The notes under the pieces are model-generated. The model ran no database searches, was not told the origin of the DNA, and saw only the letters and a list, made by a program, of their open reading frames with translations. From positions 128,156,001 through 128,220,000 of the forward strand of contig NW_024704742.1 of the NCBI RefSeq assembly GCF_018977255.1: a stretch of 64,000 nucleotides of DNA, written 5' to 3'. Numbering within the stretch: position 1 is the stretch's first letter; the number at the start of each line of letters is the position of its first letter. The position numbers and the translations under genes were made by a program. The DNA is from Callorhinchus milii. Lineage: Eukaryota. Shown piece after piece: positions 13,051 through 25,729 of the stretch.

Positions 13051-13534
13051 AGGGGAGTGGAACCGCTGCAATGCATCTTGGTGGTCCTGGAGTTAAAATT
13101 TAACATCCTATCTCTCAAATGAGTGGCAATTGGATTTTTTTTACCAATTAGCTGTTCTCTCTTGCATGTTGACACGCTTTGATTTCCTGGTCCATGTAAC
13201 CAGCCTGCCAATGGGACAACAGGACAGTGATGTATTCACACTGAGTAAGACACGTTCATTCAGTAGCATAAAATGGTATATTGTGCCACCCAAATGAAAT
13301 AGAACCATCTCTGGTAATCAAAACGCAGAACTCAACCCCGGAGATATTGTAGAATTACCAGTTGGTGACCCACTCCATATGAAAATGTACTTTTGTAATT
13401 TTATAAAGAAAGAGTTTATCACTAATAAAACAATGAGACCAGAAATGAATAGCCCTGCCCTATATATCATAAGCTACAAGAGAGGTACAGTTAAAGAAAG
13501 CCGTTTCGTCTATTTTATCTTATCGTTCTAGAAT

Positions 13535-13700
13535 TCTTTGACTGTGCCTTCGGCTGCCCTCCTACCCTCCCTGATCCCAACCCCACACCACCCCCCGCTC
13601 GGGTCCAAATCCCTGACTGTCCAGCGCCACGATATGTCCTCCCGATGTGAATGGCGCTATACAAATGTCATTTTGTATTGTATTGTATTATATTGTATTG
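13535..13700 (+). mobile_element. L2 3' terminus (tail type B) with (TATTG)n
   Basis: GACTGTCCAGCGCC...CCTCCCGATGTGAATGGCGCTATACAAATG followed by TATTG repeats. Confidence 0.75.
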
Positions 13701-13824
13701 CAATACCTATCCTACTGTCTCATTGCAGCATTACAACTGTTTCTTAACTGGGTCCTAAACTCTTGCTTGTAAGACATCCTTTATACCGTCCTTGCTTTAT
13801 TCTCTGTAACCCATTTAGGACACT

Positions 13825-13969
13825 CCCTGTTGGTTCACCAGCATTTCCCGAGTTGAAGTGAGGTGCAGAAGTAATTATTGACAAAAATGAAAAACCGTTA
13901 AGAACCTTTGGAAATAACTACTTCTCAGTCCTACTTCACTTCAGGAAATGCTGATGAAAGGCCACAGGG
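13825..13969. repeat. Imperfect long inverted repeat (~55-bp arms), MITE-like
   Basis: Arm 13825-13879 aligns to the reverse complement of 13913-13969. Confidence 0.75.
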
Positions 13970-16069
13970 CACAGAGAGAGAGCAGGTTTATTTAATTTTT
14001 CCTCAGCTGAGATCTTACCAGAAATTGCATTAAAGATAAACTCTCCATCGCTAAGGTGACAGCAGCATAACTTCACGACAGGTCACGAGCTTGCTCTCTG
14101 GTCCTTTGTATAATAAGCCCCCACTGCTAATAATGGTCATTATAAACAGAACCCACTGTGCTTTTGATATGCGACACAAAAGTGACAGTTCTGTTGTCAG
14201 CAGGGAGACTGGAAATATTTAAGCCTTACATGCTTGTTAAGGAAAGAGGCACACACTTACAGGTTTGTATTTATGTCACGAAAGATCATGATAAATAATA
14301 TATGATGTGGTACTTTTAAGCACTTTATTATTGCTGAAATACTGCTTCACAATCTTCCTAATGTAATTGTCCTTTGGATGTCACACTCATATCTCAGAGA
14401 AATGCTCCCCAGTGTTGACAGGGATACAATACAGCTCTGAAATACAATAGGGACAAATTTCACTTCATGACTGTAGAAGTTTTTTTTCAAAAAACAGTGA
14501 ACAAAAATAAATCAATAGGACATTGGCGTGCAAATGGCAGGATTGCCACTGTTCTGTGACAGACTGTTTTCTATTCCATTCAAAGCGTAATTTTAACAGA
14601 CTTCATAGAGTCCATGGCAATTACTGTAATAATGTTCAATTCACGAATGAGATAATCAGGAGTCTAAACTGCCTTGACTAATGTTTGGCTTGGTTCGATG
14701 GCTTTCAGCATTTACACTGCGCCAGTACGAGTGTGGGCAACAACTGATAGATAAATTCTGTGTTTCCATATGAACATTCCTATTTGTTTACCAATTTATT
14801 TTGGTGTGCAAAAGCAAAGATTGCAGTCACCTCTTCAAATGGAAACTATCTGAGGAAAACACATGGACTCAATGCCAGCAGCTGTTATGTAATCCTTTAG
14901 TTAACCCCTGAAGTCTATTCAAAAGGACCGATGCATTCTAATCTCAGGAATACATCCCTTTCATGTGAGAGATTATTGACGCATACTGTTCCCACTTGTG
15001 CACTTAGTCAACGGCCAGATGTAGGTGGAGAAGAGAAGGCAATGCAAAGCCCTGCACATGAGAACTCATTTATTCACAGGCATTTGAAATGGGATTTTGC
15101 TTTGAAATGGAAAATGCTGCTGAAATTCTTGAGAGAAAGAAGGTCACACCTAGAAAGAAAGGCCGGGAAAAAGGTCACAAACACATGCAACATAAACACA
15201 GGAAATATAAGTGAAATAGACAATTTAATAACTCAATTCAGATGTCTAGTGTTCAGGAAGTACCCCAGTTCTATTCTGAATGAGCGATTTTAAATTTACA
15301 TTAGAACTTTAGATCGGAAAACAATTTCAAGCAATGTACAATTATATAGCTTTGATTTAGTAATACACATTTTGATCAGATTTTAAAGGGATGCATTCAT
15401 TGTAAGGTTAATAATAATGATGCTTGCATTTGATTTAGGGTTTTTCACTTCAGGGTGATGTCCCAAAGTCCTTAGCAGGATTTAATATGAATTGCAGTGA
15501 CGATTTTTGGAAGCAAATTCATAGTTGAAAATACTGGTAGTTTAGAGAAAAGGCACAACCTCCATTCTTCCTGACAACAGTTCCCGCTTTCAGCAAACAT
15601 CAGCGCAAGATCTCTGCTAAATAGACTACATGTGCTCATTCGATTCACAGCTGAATATGCAGGATATTCACTGCTGATTGCAAATTGGCTGCTGCATTCA
15701 CCTACAAAATTCACAATCACTACACTTTACAGCACACCCTGTGGATCGTTGTGAGTCATCAACCTGATGTGAAATGCGCAGTATCAAACTCATAGTTGAT
15801 TATTATTAACTGTTCAATGCATAGGTGTGAGCCCTCAGTGGGTCCAGAATATGGGCTAATAGCAAATGTTCGAATACAAAAAGATAGGTTTGGAATCTTT
15901 ATAGGTTTTACCTGCAATCTGCGCACATTTGATCATGGTTAGTTAGTTCATGTATTATTAGGCTAGCCCACTCAATACAGATCTCAATATTTCGCAGAAT
16001 GTTAAAGTATTAACTATAATTAATTTATTAGGCATGATTAATTGTCCATGATATCCTGGAAACAAATAT

Positions 16070-16460
16070 ACAATACAAATTAACATTCATGGAGCACCTT
16101 TCACATCGGGAGGACATCCCAAGGCCTTTATTCAACAACAACAACAGCAGCTTGTGGTGTGATGAGACAAGAACAATAATAGATTGCATTTATATAGCAA
16201 CCCTCACGTGGTGTAGTGCCTTGGAGTGCTTAACAGTAGCGGAGCTTGCTGCTGAGCGGGTAGAGAGGGGAGGTGACCGTAGGCATGATCGAAGAGAAAG
16301 GTCTTCAGATCTGAAGAAGGGGAAGGAGTAGACAATGAGGAAGGATTGAGACAGAAAGTTTGAAGGCCTAGTCGCTGAAAGGAAAGCCACCAATGGTGCA
16401 GTGAAGGGAACGAAGAACGTGCAGGAGGCCAGAGCCAGCCATGCGAAGATGACGGGTAGT
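16070..16460 (-). mobile_element. Two adjacent L2 3' fragments
   Basis: CACCTTTCACATCGGGAGGACATCCCAAGG (tail B), then TTGCATTTATATAGC...AAAGGTCTTCAG (tail A plus ORF2 end). Confidence 0.7.
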
Positions 16461-17003
16461 GGTCTGTCTAGTACCTGAATGTGGTTTGTTGATCATATTG
16501 GGGCCATGGAAAACTATCAGATTGGGAGCTGTCATAATTTAATTCTTCGGAAAGTCACATAAGGGTATTATGGTGAAGTGTGAAATCCAGGGTCTTATTT
16601 TTCACTGAATGATAACAGCACTTTTATGGCTATGTAGGCAGGATTTTTTTTTACCGTGTTTCATTATGTGAATTTCCACCCCGCAGAACAGCTCTGGTGG
16701 CGTTAACCTGTCTGATATTGCATGAAGCAGTGAAACTCAAATCCCTTGCAGTGTTACAATTCATCAAATCCCAAACTCTTTGATCGTCAGCAACAATAGC
16801 GTCTGATAAACTCCTCAGGCCAGCTTTAGGCTCAGACATTCTGCTGAAATTGGGGTGGGTTGGGGAGTGGGAGGGTGAGGAATTCTCCTTTGTGGCCAGT
16901 CAATAATTTCAACTGATTTGACTCCAATTTATTGTCGGTCTGATATTTATCACTGGTAATAATTTTCCCAATGTATGTTGCATTTTCACTCCATGAAATC
17001 TAA

Positions 17004-17530
17004 AGCAACAACAACAACTTGCACTTATATAGTGCCCTCCATGCAGGGAAGCGTCTCAGCGTGCTTAACAGTGGCAGAGCCTGACTCCGAGCCCGGTTGA
17101 AAAGGAAGGCTTTCAGGTGGGACTTGAAAAAGGGGGGAGAGGGGGCAAGGCAAAAGGATTGAGGAAAAGGGTTCCATAGTTTCAGGGCGAAGTGGCTGAA
17201 TGCGCGACTGACAATGATGGAGCGGAGGGCGCGAGGGACAAGCAGGAGGCCAGAGCCAGTCGATCGGAGGCGCCGGGTGATGGATTGAGAAATGAGGAGG
17301 TTGGAGAGGTAGGGAGGTGCCAGGGAGTGAAGGGATTTGAAAATGAGTGTAAGGATCTTGAAGTCGATCTGTTCAGTGATGGGGAGCCAGTGGAGCCTGG
17401 CCTGGTGAGATGGGTGTATGGAGTTTGGTCCGGGTGAGTATGCAAACAGCAGAGTTCTGAATGAGCTGGATTTTTTGTATAGTGGAGCTGTGGAGATCAG
17501 CGAGGAGTGCGTTTCAGTAATCCAGGAGGA
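17004..17530 (-). mobile_element. L2 3' fragment
   Basis: ARLHWLPITEQIDFKIL...[10 protein letters not shown]...RAFS...LWN...HLKAFLF translation; (TTG)n tail. Confidence 0.9.
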
Positions 17531-18724
17531 TTTCACTGCAAATAAAGGATAAAACTAGACCTGAACATGCATTGGCACTATGGGAAATTCTATTTGTGTC
17601 CAGTGGACAGAGAAATCTGGATTTCAGATGACATTTGGTAATGTTTCTTAAGTAAGGCTTAAGATATATTTAAATGGAAATTAGCCTCCAAATTTGTATT
17701 TTGTCACCTCAGACAACATGAAAGTTAGTTGTATTGATTCAAGCTGCTATTTGTTTACAATGTGGAAGAAGTATTAGAGGAAATAATCTCTCTTATCAGA
17801 CCACATTGTGTGCTTGTCATGGTAGATTAAATGTTCCCTGATAGGAAATCCCAATCCTTCTGAAATTGAATTAGTATAATGTTCCTTTTCAAGCTTCCCT
17901 TCTGTGGATGAGAACATTTGGGTTAAAAGTCTAGATATATGCTATTTATGTCACATTTCAGAACACCCATAATTTGGAAAAAAATTTAATTCAGCTTTAA
18001 CTTTGAAGTCGGTATTAAATTTTAATAATAATCGTTGCATTTCATATAGTGCCTTATCACTATCTTCTAGAAGTCACAAAGAAATTCACAGAATATACTT
18101 TTGAAAATCAGTCACAAAATTAAGGTGTTTAAGAATTTGCCAAATTCCGGATGCTCTAAAATGCTACATTAATAAAGTACATCTGGACTTTTTTAGAAAG
18201 AGGAAGAAAAGAGTGATTTGGTGTAATAAATCTGTTTTCTTAGGAATCGACCCAAAGGGTTACAGTTATCTTCTCCAGTCCAAGACGTACCATGTTCCCA
18301 TATGGCACATAAGTCAAACCGAAAGAAAATGGCTTTGCATGACAAAATGCAAGAGCGGCTATATTTTGTAAAAGTTAAAGCAAGTTGCCCATTGTTTTCA
18401 TAAAGCTTTCTGAAAGTAGTTTCAATTAAGAGATCCTTTGTTGGGCTTTCAGGAAGCTTTTGGAGAATAATAATAAAAATAATAATCCTTGCATTTGATA
18501 CAGTGCCTTATCATGTCTTCTGGACGTCTCAAAGCTCTTCACAGAATATACTTGTGCACTGCAGTGTCCCACAGTTGTGGATTACCTGATTCAACTGGGA
18601 AAAAACGTTGCCCCTCTACGATGACTCCTTCATTTATTGTCTCAGACCTCTCTTTATGTACACCTCTAGTCACATACACCAGATCCCTAATTTCTGCCTT
18701 TTTACATAGGTTTCTAGTCATTTT

Positions 18725-18985
18725 ATTTTGTGGGTGAAACACGACAGCCAATTGCACACAGCAGTGTCCCACTTACAGTCATGGATTGAGTTACAAATTT
18801 TTTTTGAAGAGATTATTACCCCTGGAAAAGCAATCCGTCAATCGACTGACAACTGGGTTCCTACTTACTGCTGGGTAAATAGAGGCGTGTGGAGAACAGA
18901 AACTAGCCCAATGTTTCGCCCTACCCAAGAATCAAACCCAGGTTCTCTCGCTTGCCAGGCGAATGTTCCAACCACTGAGCTACAG
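18725..18985 (-). mobile_element. tRNA-derived SINE, long form (tail segment separate at 18475-18585)
   Basis: AACCACTGAGCTACAG head, GTTCCTACTTACTGCTGGGTAAATAGAGGCGTGTGGAG central block. Confidence 0.8.
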
Positions 18986-19534
18986 TACCACCAAGCTACA
19001 GCTGCAGAATAAGTACGTGTTTCTCCAACAAGCCAGTTTTATAGTACGAAAAAAAACACTGAACATTCCCTGGAATGGCCAACTGCATAGATTCTATTCT
19101 GCAGGCCTGATCCCGCAAACTGAAATGGTCACACGTCAGCTTTGCTAGTTTTGTAATCGTAAGTAAATTTGCTGTTTTGCAAGTGTAAGTGACTGTTTTT
19201 GAAGGCAAATGTGACAGGCAATTTTGTTTGGTCATTAGGAAAAGTACAGACCTGAATTTAAAACACTGCCTGAAATATTGGAATAAAATCATACACATTG
19301 TCTGACTCCTTTAATTTCAATACACCGCCAAGGGCAAATGGAACACTTTGTAACTGTGGCTGCTGGCCAGCAAAGGTTAATTTATATTTAAGTACCGTCT
19401 TTATATTCTGTGTTTCTGTAGAAGGAGATTTAGATGTAGTTTGCCACTGACGCTTTACCAGTGAGACTTATCTATCCAGCCTTTCACTCTTTGTCTTTCT
19501 TATCTGTACTCTACAGGGTTCATATTGTGTGCCA

Positions 19535-19930
19535 ACCTGGCTCATTTGGTAAGACTTTTGTTTCTGAAGTTAGAAGGTCGTGGGTTCCAGATGTATTTCA
19601 GGACTTTGAATTCAGTCTCGGCTGATACTTCATTGCAGTGATGGGGAGGTGCTGAATCGTCGCAAGTGATATCCTTTGGATGAGACGTTAAACTGAGGTC
19701 CCGTCTGCCTGTTCAGATAAATGTTAAAAATTCCATGGCACTATTCAAAAAGAAAAACGTGTTTCTCCCGGTGTCTTGGCCAACAATCCCCCAAATAAAG
19801 TTGATCATTGACTTCATACCTGTTCGCCTATGAAAAATACACTGTCACTACATTGTACATTGCATGAAGCACTTTAACATGTCCCTTTGACTTAAAAGGT
19901 GTTGTATCAAATGCAAGGATTATCATTATA
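19535..19930 (+). mobile_element. Full-length DeuSINE/SacSINE-like SINE
   Basis: Head, core GGATGAGACGTTAAACTGAGGTCCCGTCTGCCTGTTCAG...CCATGGCACTATTC, tail. Confidence 0.85.
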
Positions 19931-20454
19931 TTCTCTTTATACATTATCAGGGCACCTCAAGTGCATATGATCCCCAGAGTGTATACTTGGGACTGGCCAG
20001 TCTATTCAAGCAGCAGTAACATTAAATCACCAACGTGACACAATCATTAATTTATTTTGGTCATCCAGGTGTCTGACACATGTGGACACCCAACATAAAT
20101 TACCAGAAGACTTTGTTCCAGCGGGATGTGAATCAACTAATTTACAGTGCCCGTCAATTCCAAGGTCAAAATGTGTGAGCTTTTACTCTAAACTATAGCA
20201 TGCATAAACTGCTCCAGAACCTTCATACTGTATAATAGTAATAATAATTTAATTTGATATAGAGCCTTATCACGTCTTTGAGTCGTCTCAAAGCGCTTCA
20301 CAGCTTCATATAGTGCAAAGTGAATTCACTGCATATTTTGTGTGCAAAACTATTGCAAAGCTGAATCATCGGTATATTTTTTTTGTGTGCTCATAAAGAT
20401 GACTGACATCAATCTTGCTGAACTGAATATTTTTCTACTTCTGGCACCCAGCAT

Positions 20455-20815
20455 CAAGAACTGGTACAGGTCATAAAAAGTAAAATTCCCTCTCCTCTGC
20501 CCTAGTAATTTCAACCCTGAATGTTAGCAGAGAGCCCCACCACCAGCACTGGTGTGAAGTTTTGAATTTCCCTCAGCAGCCAACTCATGGGCTCTGAGTG
20601 AGATTGCCAATTTAATGTTAATTTGCACAAACTCTGTGAGCAGTGTTGTGCTGTGCATGGAATTGTTCGAAACATCCCAAGTTCATTTCATGCAGAGGCC
20701 TCTTGTAGCCCACAGAGAGAGATTTTCTTGCAATCTGGATGGAGGCTGGATTAAAATTCGGGTGAGAAAGGTGAAAAAGGGCAATGCGATTACAATGGGC
20801 TTCCTCACTCAGCAA
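20455..20815 (-). mobile_element. LF-SINE-like ancient SINE
   Basis: Colinear motifs GAACTGGTACAG, TCAACCCTGA, TGCCAATTTAATGTTAATT, TCATTTCA...AGGCC and GGCTGGATT match my recollection of the reverse-complemented LF-SINE consensus. Confidence 0.55.
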
Positions 20816-22504
20816 CCCGTTGAAATCAACAGACCCTGGCCAGGTCCCATGCGATGAGAAAAGAGTGGGAGATATAGTTCAACGGGAAATTATGCAGCCT
20901 ACGACATGATCAAGTGGCAATTGTTTGTTTGAAGGGTTGTACAAATCGAATGGGACAAAGAGAAATTAGATTACATAAATTATCATAAATCATTAAGCAG
21001 CCATCACTGCTTTTGTTGTGTTTATTATCTTTAGAGTGTTTATGTTTATTTTGAAGCGTCAGGTTAATTAGGATCAAAGATATTAAATTCCAATTATTTC
21101 TGATTATATTGGTTATAGCATTAGCCGAGAGAGTGATTCTTTTTAAAAGAATATATTTTGTTCACCGGTTCCCTTTGTTATGCTATATTTCTGCATTTAA
21201 GGTTTTAAATGAAATATTCCAGTGCAGAATTATTACTTTTGTAGTTGGAAGTCAATTATGATCATAATTCAGAAGAATTCCATTTAAAAGCCTTCCATTT
21301 ACAATGACTAGAGTTACACGGATGCTTTCGAGCGTAAGTTCATATTTATAGTGGATTTTTTTATTTCCATTCTAATCTCATTTATTACAAAAAAAAATTG
21401 TACAGTATATTGTACAGAATAAAAAAAGAAATAACAATAGGAACAGAGCAATTTGAAGTTCATGCTATAATTAATGTATTTAAGGAATGAATAAGTTAAT
21501 TATAGTTTACCTACAAATACGCAGTCACCGCACTTTACAGTAAAATCCAATAATTTGCTTTGAAATGTTTTGATGCTGTGATGAGGTGCTATATCAAATG
21601 CAAGAAGTATTATTATTAATGTTTCTTGATTGACTATATCGCTCGCCTACAAATACACAGTTGATTCACTCTATTGTAAAATCCTGTGAAATGGTTTGAG
21701 ACATTGCGATGACTTAATACGACGCTATATCAAATGCAAGGATTACTTTTACAAAAATTGGCTCCACATTCACCTGCAAATTCATAGTCACTACACTTCA
21801 CAGTAAAACCCTGTGAAGCACTGTGATGTGACAAGGTACAATATCAAATGGAAGGATTCTTTTAGAGTGACCAGCAGATGGCACTTTCTCCAGGAAAGTA
21901 GTTTGCTACTCTCCGGGTCCCAACACCACCATTTTGTAACGCTGAGACAAATGCAATTTTATTTTATAAATTTCAGGCCCTACAGTGGGCTGTAGGTTAT
22001 TTTTTTGTTCTATAATATTATTTTCCCGGGGCTAATCTCTTTAGGAGGGCTGGTACTAAAAAAAAATACTTTTAGGGATCAGCCCAGAGGTTTCAGGTCT
22101 AGTCTGTCCAATTGTTATTCTGACCTTATTTTAAGTAAAGCTAACATATTGGGAAAGCATTCTCCATCTTTTGATTTTCCTGCACAAAGCTCCTGAAATA
22201 TAACAACCAATTTAATCAATATACTGTCTCGATCCTTTGAGAATTCTCACGTGGATTCCATTTGCCCCATTCACCTTTATTTCCTTTCCCAACCCCCCTT
22301 GGCTCCCACCCCAGCTCAGGTGTCAAGTCAATAATGTTGTGCCTTGGGCATCCACCCAACGTGAAAGGCGCTGTAAAAATGTAATATTGTATTGTTTTCA
22401 CTTTGTACACATTTAAGAGTTGGCAGCATAGCAGGGAGGACACCATTCAGCCCCCTGGATTTTAAGCAGATTTCTTCTCTGATGTAGTTACATATAGTTA
22501 CAGA

Positions 22505-22830
22505 AAGTGATACAGCAAGGAAACAGGCCATTTAGCCCAACCGGTCCATGCCAGTGTTTATACTTCACATGAGCCCCCAGCCCTCCTACTCCCTTCTCTT
22601 ACATGCATCTATTCCCTTCTCCCTCATGCATGTATCAAGCTCTTTCTTAAATACATTGATGCTGTTCACTTTCATCCCCAGCTTATGGCAGTAAATTGCA
22701 CAGTCCCACCACCCTCTGCGTGAAGAAATTTCTCCTCCTCCTAGATTTACTACTGACTATCATAGCTATTCTCTCTATTTTTGAACTCACCAACTTTGGC
22801 CCATCAACATGGACCTTATTGAATTCTTTC
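22505..22830 (-). mobile_element. CR1-clade LINE 3' end
   Basis: ACAGCAAGGAAACAGGCCATTTAGCCCA terminal motif and ACCACCCTCTGCGTGAAGAA (FFTQRVV on the minus strand). Confidence 0.75.
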
Positions 22831-24287
22831 AATTTCAAGTTCACATTTTGAAGTTCCTAGCGCAGATCAGTTTGGCTACAATAATAATAATTTTTGCACT
22901 AGATATAACACCTTATCACATCATTGAGATGTCTCATAGAATATACTGTAAAATGGATTTATTATCTTATATACTAATAAAACAATGTCTGTCTGCGCTT
23001 CAAGAAGAATCTCAATAACTGATTGACGTAGAGACATAAATTTGTACCTCATAGGAAAGGCCTTGTACCTGGGAGTGACATGAGCATATTTGTTTTTGGG
23101 TATCTCCTATTGTTCATGAGTTATTTTCAGTTTTGCATTTTTCGCTGCAGTTACACCTGGTGGTTGCTGAGTTAAAGTGGCGCTGTGGCCTTGTACATCA
23201 CGGAGCACCTACTTGTGTATGCACACACTGCAGTTATACCTGGTGGATGTGCGGGTTGACCGTGGCATGCACGTAGCCAAGCAGTGGGAACAAAATAAAG
23301 TTCACAGACGAAGCTAAGCCGCAGCAATAACAATAAAATTACATTTTAAAGTGCTGAGTCCTCCCACTGAGTCCTCCCAGATAAGTGTAGATGAGGATGA
23401 AATGTCTGACTGTGTGTCAATCTACATTCCATATTGGACCCTTTGGTTGCAAGCGTAGCTGCATGGCTACAGCTAGTATATTCTAATTTATTATATATTA
23501 CAATATATTGGACAAGGTGGGACTTAGTGAGCATGAGGACTCTGGTGTCCAGTTTAATGAAGTGATCTACAGTTTCAGAGGTTAAACTTAAAAGAACTTA
23601 CGAAAGGTACCATCAACAGTGGAAAAAGCCTGTTTCCCTGTTGACGCATGATGAGACATCTCTCCTGGCCCACACACAGAAACGTTGCACAAATTGGTAA
23701 TCCTTTCTCAATTCAGTGGGTGGTGGTGCATAGTGATTCATACTTCGTGGAGTGATCTATCTCACTTAGTTCTGACAACAAATAAAACTCCTCCAAGCCA
23801 GCTCCTTGGTGAGAATCTTACAAATTCTCAGAAGGATTAGCAACATTCCATTGGTTTGAACGGAGCAAAAATAGAATGGGATTATGTGCCCTCCATGGCC
23901 TGTACTGGACCGACATTACAGACTAAAACCCTTAAACATGAGCATTCCGCAGTTGCTAACTCTTGCATTTTATCTTAGCACTTTATCAGGCCGTAGAGAT
24001 GCCTCAAAGTACTTCACAGGATTTTATCTTAAAATGTAGTGACTGTACTCATCGGCAAATGCAGCAGCCAATTTGTGCCCAATAGTTTCTGGAAATAAGT
24101 AAGCATGGTGTGCCGCTCCAGGTAGAAAGTGCGTAATTGATTCCAGATATAGGAAACATTCCATGTATAGGTGACACTCAGTCTGATTTGGATAGTTTTA
24201 AAATATGGCTATGGTTTACCATATGCATCAGTGACCACGCTGACCAATGTTTATTTTCTTTAAAAAATGATGTAATGTACAATCCAT

Positions 24288-24498
24288 AACAACAACAACT
24301 TGCATTTGTATAGCGCTTTTCACACAGGAAAGCATCTCAGAGCGTCACACAGTAATGGGGTTGGATGCCGAGCAAGGGAATAGGGAAAGTGCCAATAAGA
24401 GCATCAAAAAGGTAGGTCTTAAGGTGAGATTTAAAGTTAGATAAAGAGGGTTGAGCCAGATAGATTGATGTAGAGAGTTCCAGAGATTAGGGGCTTAG
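24288..24498 (-). mobile_element. L2 3' fragment
   Basis: (AAC)n TTGCATTTGTATAGCGCT tail; AAAAGGTAGGTCTTAAG...GAGTTCCAGAG. Confidence 0.75.
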
Positions 24499-25617
24499 TG
24501 TGCTGGAGGGAGGACTGTTCAAAATCAATTTTCACTGGTTGTGCCCAGATGTCAACTCTACCACAGACTGGAAAAGGTGTAAACTCTCTAAGGCTATTGC
24601 CTTGCATTTACCAGACAAATTAAAGATTTTTCCACATTCTGGTTGTGAAAATAGGATCATGATTCCCAAAGGTCCATATTGGGATTAATTACTTCTTAGG
24701 TAAAATGTCATAATCTATTTTTCCTCCTGTGAAGCTCTGTGTAATACTGAGGTTACTGTGTCGGTTCAAGGTCCGTCACTAGGCTTTACAATGCAAGATT
24801 TTCATGGTTTTGCCACCCAACATTCTTTCAGGTTTACTATTTTTCAATTTCGCATGCTTAATCATTCCGATCCATCCAATTTGAGAACTGAATTAACAAG
24901 TCTATATCTCATGTCTGCCAGGCTAAAATGCACCCTCTGAAAGATGGAATTGGGTGAGAAAGCACTTCACAGTCAATCAGGTCAATACATATTTTAAAAA
25001 GAAAATGACAGGGACATTTTTCAGCGTTGAGCATCTCTCTGTCACAGTATCCACCTTCTGGTACTGCTTTCCATCCATCAATACCATTCATAAGATGTTA
25101 ATATAATTGTGTGTCAAAATGTAAACTGTAGAAAAGCTTTGCAATTTCATGAAATCAGCTTCTATATAACACGCCTGAAATGGAAATGGTTGCCTTCGAT
25201 AAATGTTGAAATATAGGACAACGCTATGATGATGCCTTCCATTATAGCACAGTTTCACTTAAACTGGTGGTGTCCTTTGAACTCCCATTAACCAGAAGTG
25301 CAGTGCACCTAGCTTATGGACGAGATTTGTCAGTTTGCCATGTCGAAAATGGCCTGCTTATGGGTCATCAAGTTACCTCTGCACCTCCTGCATGTTGATG
25401 TATGTACATTATATGCAGGAAGCATCACTGATATCACTTCCTGAGTGCTTTACGTGCATGTTACACTCATGAATGTTCCAATGCCACTTCATGCAGTGCA
25501 CAGGAAGTAACTTGATGATAATGAACACATTGAATGGTCCTCAAGTGTGCTGGAGGGAGGACTGTTCAAAATCAATTTTCAATGGTTGTGCCCAGATGTC
25601 AACTCTACCACAGACTG
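24497..25617 (+). repeat. 74-bp direct repeat pair (24497-24570 and 25544-25617)
   Basis: 73 of 74 bases identical, offset 1047 bp. Confidence 0.95.
25290..25520. mobile_element. Palindromic MITE-like element, copy 2
   Basis: TCATCAAGTTAC (25365) / GTAACTTGATGA (ends 25518) inverted pair; shares CCAGAAGTGCAGT and CAGGAAGCATCACyGATrTCACTT with 4390-4592. Confidence 0.5.
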
Positions 25618-25636
25618 AAATTCTGGCTCACAAATC

Positions 25637-25716
25637 ATAATAATAATAATAATAGTAATACCAATAGTAGTAATAGCAATAATAGTAATAATAGTAATAA
25701 TAATAATAATAATAAT
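25637..25716. repeat. (AAT/AGT)n degenerate microsatellite
   Basis: Direct inspection. Confidence 0.9.
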
Positions 25717-25729
25717 ACCTGAGTGTTTA

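Noticed and set aside
19517..19548. 32-nt plus-strand exon using a donor inside a SINE head
   Set aside because: Good acceptor, but no other support and not frame-preserving
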